Shown here piece after piece: positions 59,260-64,000 of a stretch of DNA of 64,000 bases. The translations under genes were made by a program, and so were the position numbers. Numbering within the stretch: position 1 is the first letter of the stretch; each line of letters begins with the position of its first letter. The DNA comes from Torpedo marmorata (taxonomy: Eukaryota), in contig OZ360221.1 in the NCBI GenBank assembly GCA_977017645.1, positions 97,588,001-97,652,000 of the forward strand, given 5' to 3'. The notes under the pieces are model-generated. The model worked only from the letters and a program-made list of their open reading frames with translations. It searched no databases and was not told where the DNA came from.

Positions 59260-62200
59260 ATCAAGTTCAGCAATTGAAGGGTAATCGAGGTCAGGTGACC
59301 CAAACGTCACCATAAAAGTGAGGGACTGTGTAGCGGAGTGGGCTGAGTCAGAGTGGCAAGGCTTTGGCTCAAAGGGCTTTGGCGAGAAAAGGCTGAGGTG
59401 ATGGTGCAGGAGTTGAAGTAAGAAATGGCCACCCTATTCTTTTTTTTAAATATTTTATTTAAATTTTCAAATCACAAAATACATAAAATAAATTGCATAT
59501 ATTTGAAAATACATGTGATATACATTTTATCCCCCCCTTCCCACCCTCCCCTCCCTAACCCCTACATCCCCACTAGTCTTTATATATATATATATATATA
59601 AAAAAAAATAGTAAAAGAGAAAAAGAAAAAAGAAAGATAGAAAAATAGAGTGAGGAGAAAACCAGCTTCAAACTAATTCTACCATAGAGGTTATTTTCGC
59701 CAGTGGATCCGATATCCAGAGAGTTTAAATTGTTAAACCCATAATTCTCATATGGGCCCCAAATTTTCAAGAAAAAATGATATTTGTTACGCAAATTATA
59801 GGTAATTTTTTCTAATGGTATACATGAACGTAATTCTGCATGCCATCTTTCTAAATTTAAATCTACATCTGACTTCCAAGTAATAGCTATACACTTTTTC
59901 GAAACTGCTAATACTATACGTAGAAATTCTACTTGGTACATATTTAATCTATTTCTAATACTAAATTTTCTAATATCTCCAAATAAAAATAACATAGGAT
60001 CCATCGTAAACACAACATTAAAAATTCTCTCTAAAAAAACTCAACTTTCAACCAAAAGTCTTGAATTTTTGAACATAACCATGTACAGTGAACAAAAGAG
60101 CCTATTTCACTCTTACATCTAAAACACATATCGGATAATGCTGGATTAAATTTCTTCAATTTTTTAGGTGTTAAATATAACTGATGAAATAAATTATATT
60201 GTACTAGTCTATATCTAACATTAATAACTTTAGTCATACTTAATTTACATAAGTCTTTCCAATGATTTTCATCTATATTAACATTTAAGTCTAGTTCCCA
60301 TTTTAATCTAGATTTATGTAACCCTACTTTAGACATCTTTCTCTGAAATAATTTATACATTTGTGATATAAACTTATTAATATTAACTTTAGTAATTAAC
60401 AATTCCAATTCATTTTGTCTTGGTGCTACTAATTCATTCCCTAATATCTCAGTCAAAAAGGCTTTAACTTGAAAATAAACTAACATTGTATTATCTAGTA
60501 TATTAAATTTTTCTTTTAACCTTTGAAAAGTAATGAATCTACCAGCTTCAAAACAATCTTTCAAGGTCTTAATTCCCTTTTGAAACCATAATTTAAGTAA
60601 CTGATTATCAATAGAGAATGGTATAAGCAAATTTTGGTATATTGGTGTATTTAAAGAAATTGATCCTTTCCGACCTATTTCTTTATCTACCTGTGACCAA
60701 ATTTCCAACAAATGTTTAATAATTGGTGAATTTTTCTTTTTAGCTAATAATAATTTAGAGTTCCACTTATAAATAATCTCTTCTTTATGTATTTCTCCTA
60801 TATTATTCAATTCTATATTAATCCAAGCAGAAGATTTAGTTGAATCAAAAAATTCATTAATAAATTTTAGTTGAGCTGCTTTATAGTAATACTGAAAATT
60901 AGGAAGTTGCAGTCCTCCCATCTCATAATTCCATGTTAATTTATCTATACTTACTCTTGCCAACTTTCCTTTCCATAAAAATTTCCTAATAACAAATTTT
61001 AAATCCTTTAAAAATTTATTTGGGATTCCAAAAGGAATCGATTGAAAAAAGATATTGAATTCTTGGAAAAACATTCATTTTGATGCAATTTACTCTTCCC
61101 ATCAAAGTTATAGGTAAGTCTTTCCAAAGTTCTAAATCTTTTTTTATTTTCATGAATAAAGGTATATAGTTTAATTTATACAAATTTTCCAACTTTGTAT
61201 CCATTTTAACTCCCAAATATTTAATACTTTCTTTAGCCCATTTAAACTCTGTAACCTCTCTACATCTAGTATAATCACCTTGAGATAAAGCCAGAATCTC
61301 ACTTTTATCTGAATTAATTTTATATCCAGATATCTCACCATATTCTATCAATATAGTAGCCAATTGCTGAAGTGATGTAACAGATTTTGTCATATATATT
61401 AATACATCATCTGCAAACAAGCTAATCTTATGTTCTTCTCTACCAACTTTTATACCCATTATATTTATATCTTCTCTAATCAATTCAGCTAAAGGTTCTA
61501 TTGCCAAAACAAATAAAGCAGGTGACAGGGGACATCCCTGTCTTGTTGATCGTGATAATAAAAATTTTGACGATACTTGTCCATTTGTAACTACTTTAGC
61601 TGTAGGCTCTTTATATATAGTTTTAATCCAATTTATAAAAATATTTCCAAAACCAAATTTTTCTAAAACCTTAAATAAAAAGTTCCACTCTAACCTATCA
61701 AAAGCCTTCTCTGCATCCAATGTTACCACCAATGGTAAATCTTGTTTCTTCTTATGTAAATTAATCAAACTTATCAATCTAGCTATATTATCTTTCGAAT
61801 ATCTATTCTTAATAAATCCAGCTTGATCTGAATGTATCAGGTTTGGTAAATATTTAGCTAATCTATTTGCTAAAATTTTTGCCATTATTTTATAGTCTAC
61901 ATTTAACAATGAAATAGGTCTATAAGACTCAGTTTTCAACACATCTCTATCTTTCTTTGGTATAACTGTAATGATAGCGTTTAAAAATGTCTTCGGTAAT
62001 AAATGAGTTTCAGTAACTTTATTCAATACCTCCATATATAAAGGTATCAATAAGTCTTTAAATTCTTTATAAAATTCTACTGGAAACCCATCGTCACCCG
62101 GAGATTTACCACTTTTCAACGTCGATATTGCCTCAGTAACTTCTCTCATCGTAAAAGGTAAGTCCAAAGAATATTTATTCTGAACATTCAATTTAGGTAG

Positions 62201-64000
62201 AGTAATTTTAGATAAAAATCTATTAATCTTCATATCGTCATGGTCGATCTCAGATCTATATAAATTCTGATAATAATCTTTAAAAGATTCATTTATTTCT
62301 TGTGGCTTATAAGTTATTTCCCCAGTATTTTCTTTCCTTATAGCATTAATAGTTTTAGAAACTTGCTCTTTTTTTAATTGCCATGATAAAACCTTATGAG
62401 CTTTTTCCCCTAATTCATAATATCTTTGTTTAATGGCCACCCTATTCGACGAAGAAAAAGAATTCAGCAGGTAGGCACCGGTAAGGGCAGGTTTTAGATA
62501 TCATATACCTGTATTTTGTTCCTCTGGTCATAAACAGTGGGATTGGCAGCCAAGGCAGGGGAATGCTCCTCTTACGGAATGTGGGTCGTCCGGGAAACCA
62601 GCAGTATCCCTGACGACTTCATCTGAGAGAAATGCATCCAGCTACAGCTCCTGACAAACAGAGTAGGGAATTGGAGCTGAAGTTGGATGAACTCCAGATC
62701 ATTCGGGAGGCAGAGGGGATGACAGACAAGAGTTACAGGGGCACTATCACATCTAGGAGGCAGGAGGAGGGTAGATGGGTGACAGTCAGGAGAGGGAAAG
62801 GGAACAGGCAGGCAGTGCAGGGCACCCCTGTGGCCGTTCCCCTCAATAACAGTGTACCATTTTGGATACTATTGGGGGGGGTAACGACCGACCAGGGACA
62901 AGCCTCGGCGATCAGGACTCTGGCACGGAGTCTGGTCCTGTGGCTAAGAACGGAAGGAAGGAGAAGAGGTGAGCTGTAGTGATAGGGGATTCCATAGTTA
63001 GGGGGACAGATAAGAGGTTCTGTGGAAGAGATAGAGTATCCCGGATGGTATGTTGCCTCTCTGGTGCCAGGGTCCGAGATATCTGAGATCGAGTTCACAG
63101 CATTCTCAGGAGGGTGGTTGAGCAGCCAGATGTCATGGTCCATATAGGGACCAATGATGTGGGTAGGAAGGGTAAGGAGGTCCTGCAAGGAGAGTTCAGG
63201 GAGTTAGACGCTAGGTTGAAGGACAGAACCTCCAGGGTTGTGATCTCAGGGTTGCCACCCATACCACGTGCTAGTGAGGTTAGAAATAGGAGGATAATGC
63301 AGCTTAACACGTGGCTAAAGACAGTGCAGGAGGGAGGGCTTCAGGTTTCTGGATCATTGGGCTCTCTTCCAGGGAAGGTGGGAACTGTTCCGATGGGACA
63401 GTTTGCATCTGAACTGGAGGGGGAGGTTTTCCTGTGCTGCTCTGGTGGGTTTAAACTAGATTTGCAGGGGGATTGCAACCAGAGTGCCAGAGCAGATAGA
63501 GGAGTGGAGGAGGGAAAAGATGATGTGAAAATTGTATGCACCGGTAGAAGTCAACGGGTTGTACGTGGTGGAAATGTTCTCAGGTACATCTATTTCAATG
63601 CAAGGAATATTGTAGGAAAGGCAGACGAGCTTAGAGTGTCATGTGGAATTATGACATTGTGCCCTTTAGTGAAACTTGGTTGCAGGAGGGGCAGGACTGG
63701 CAGCTCAATGTTCCGGGCTTCCATTGACTTAGACGCGATAGAACGGGGGGGGGGGGGGGGGATGAAAGGGAAAATATCACAGCTGTAGGACAGACCAGAG
63801 GGCTCGTCTACTGAGGCTATATGGGTGGAGCTGAGAAATGGGAAAGGTATGACCACACTCATGGGGTTGTATTATAGACCGCTCAATAGTCAACGAGAAT
63901 TGGAGGAGCAAATCTGTAGAGAGATAGCAGACAGCTACAGAAAACATAAGGTTGTGATAGTAGGAGATTTTAATTTTCCACATATTGACTGGGACTCCCA
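59260..64000 (+). mobile_element. Second CR1 family: 5' UTR (split by L1), degenerate esterase ORF1 and start of ORF2; runs off the window
   Basis: GDSIV, HIGTNDVG, YFNARNI, GDFNFP; many stops and frameshifts. Confidence 0.9.
59440..62431 (-). mobile_element. 5'-truncated L1-clade LINE with largely intact RT (two frameshifts)
   Basis: 16-bp TSD AATGGCCACCCTATTC (59424-59439 / 62432-62447); KSPGDDG, YRPISLLN, LDAEKAFD, TRQGCPLSP, FADD; poly-T. Confidence 0.96.

Overview
Vertebrate genomic DNA, most likely from a cartilaginous fish. This is inferred from the HE1/V-SINE-, CR1- and Penelope-rich repeat landscape and is not proven. The one clear host gene is a complete STEAP1 on the minus strand: 4 coding exons (39775-39683, 34542-34051, 13360-13196, 11983-11669; about 354 aa), a probable non-coding exon 1 and a CpG/CCAAT promoter near 40.0-40.3 kb. 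A candidate terminal exon of an unidentified upstream gene lies at about 53.4 kb. Most of the rest is deeply nested transposable elements, many with readable target-site duplications (TSDs): CR1, L1 and Rex1/Babar LINEs, a Gypsy 5' end with a tRNA-Leu(TAA) PBS, solo LTRs, a pogo element, hAT/Tigger MITEs and V-SINEs. The most interesting non-obvious signals are: (i) a non-coding, highly structured ~850-nt retroelement with a Rex/Babar-type tail (2 copies plus a diverged fragment); (ii) a SINE with a full-length tRNA-Thr(TGT) head that shares that tail; (iii) young Penelope-derived mini-elements carrying minimal hammerhead ribozyme motifs, one forming a perfect 56-bp inverted repeat in the STEAP1 promoter; (iv) a solo LTR positioned as a possible alternative STEAP1 promoter; and (v) a duplicated promoter/leader architecture in CR1 5' ends. 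Whether any of these is undescribed cannot be established without database searches. All coordinates were read by hand.
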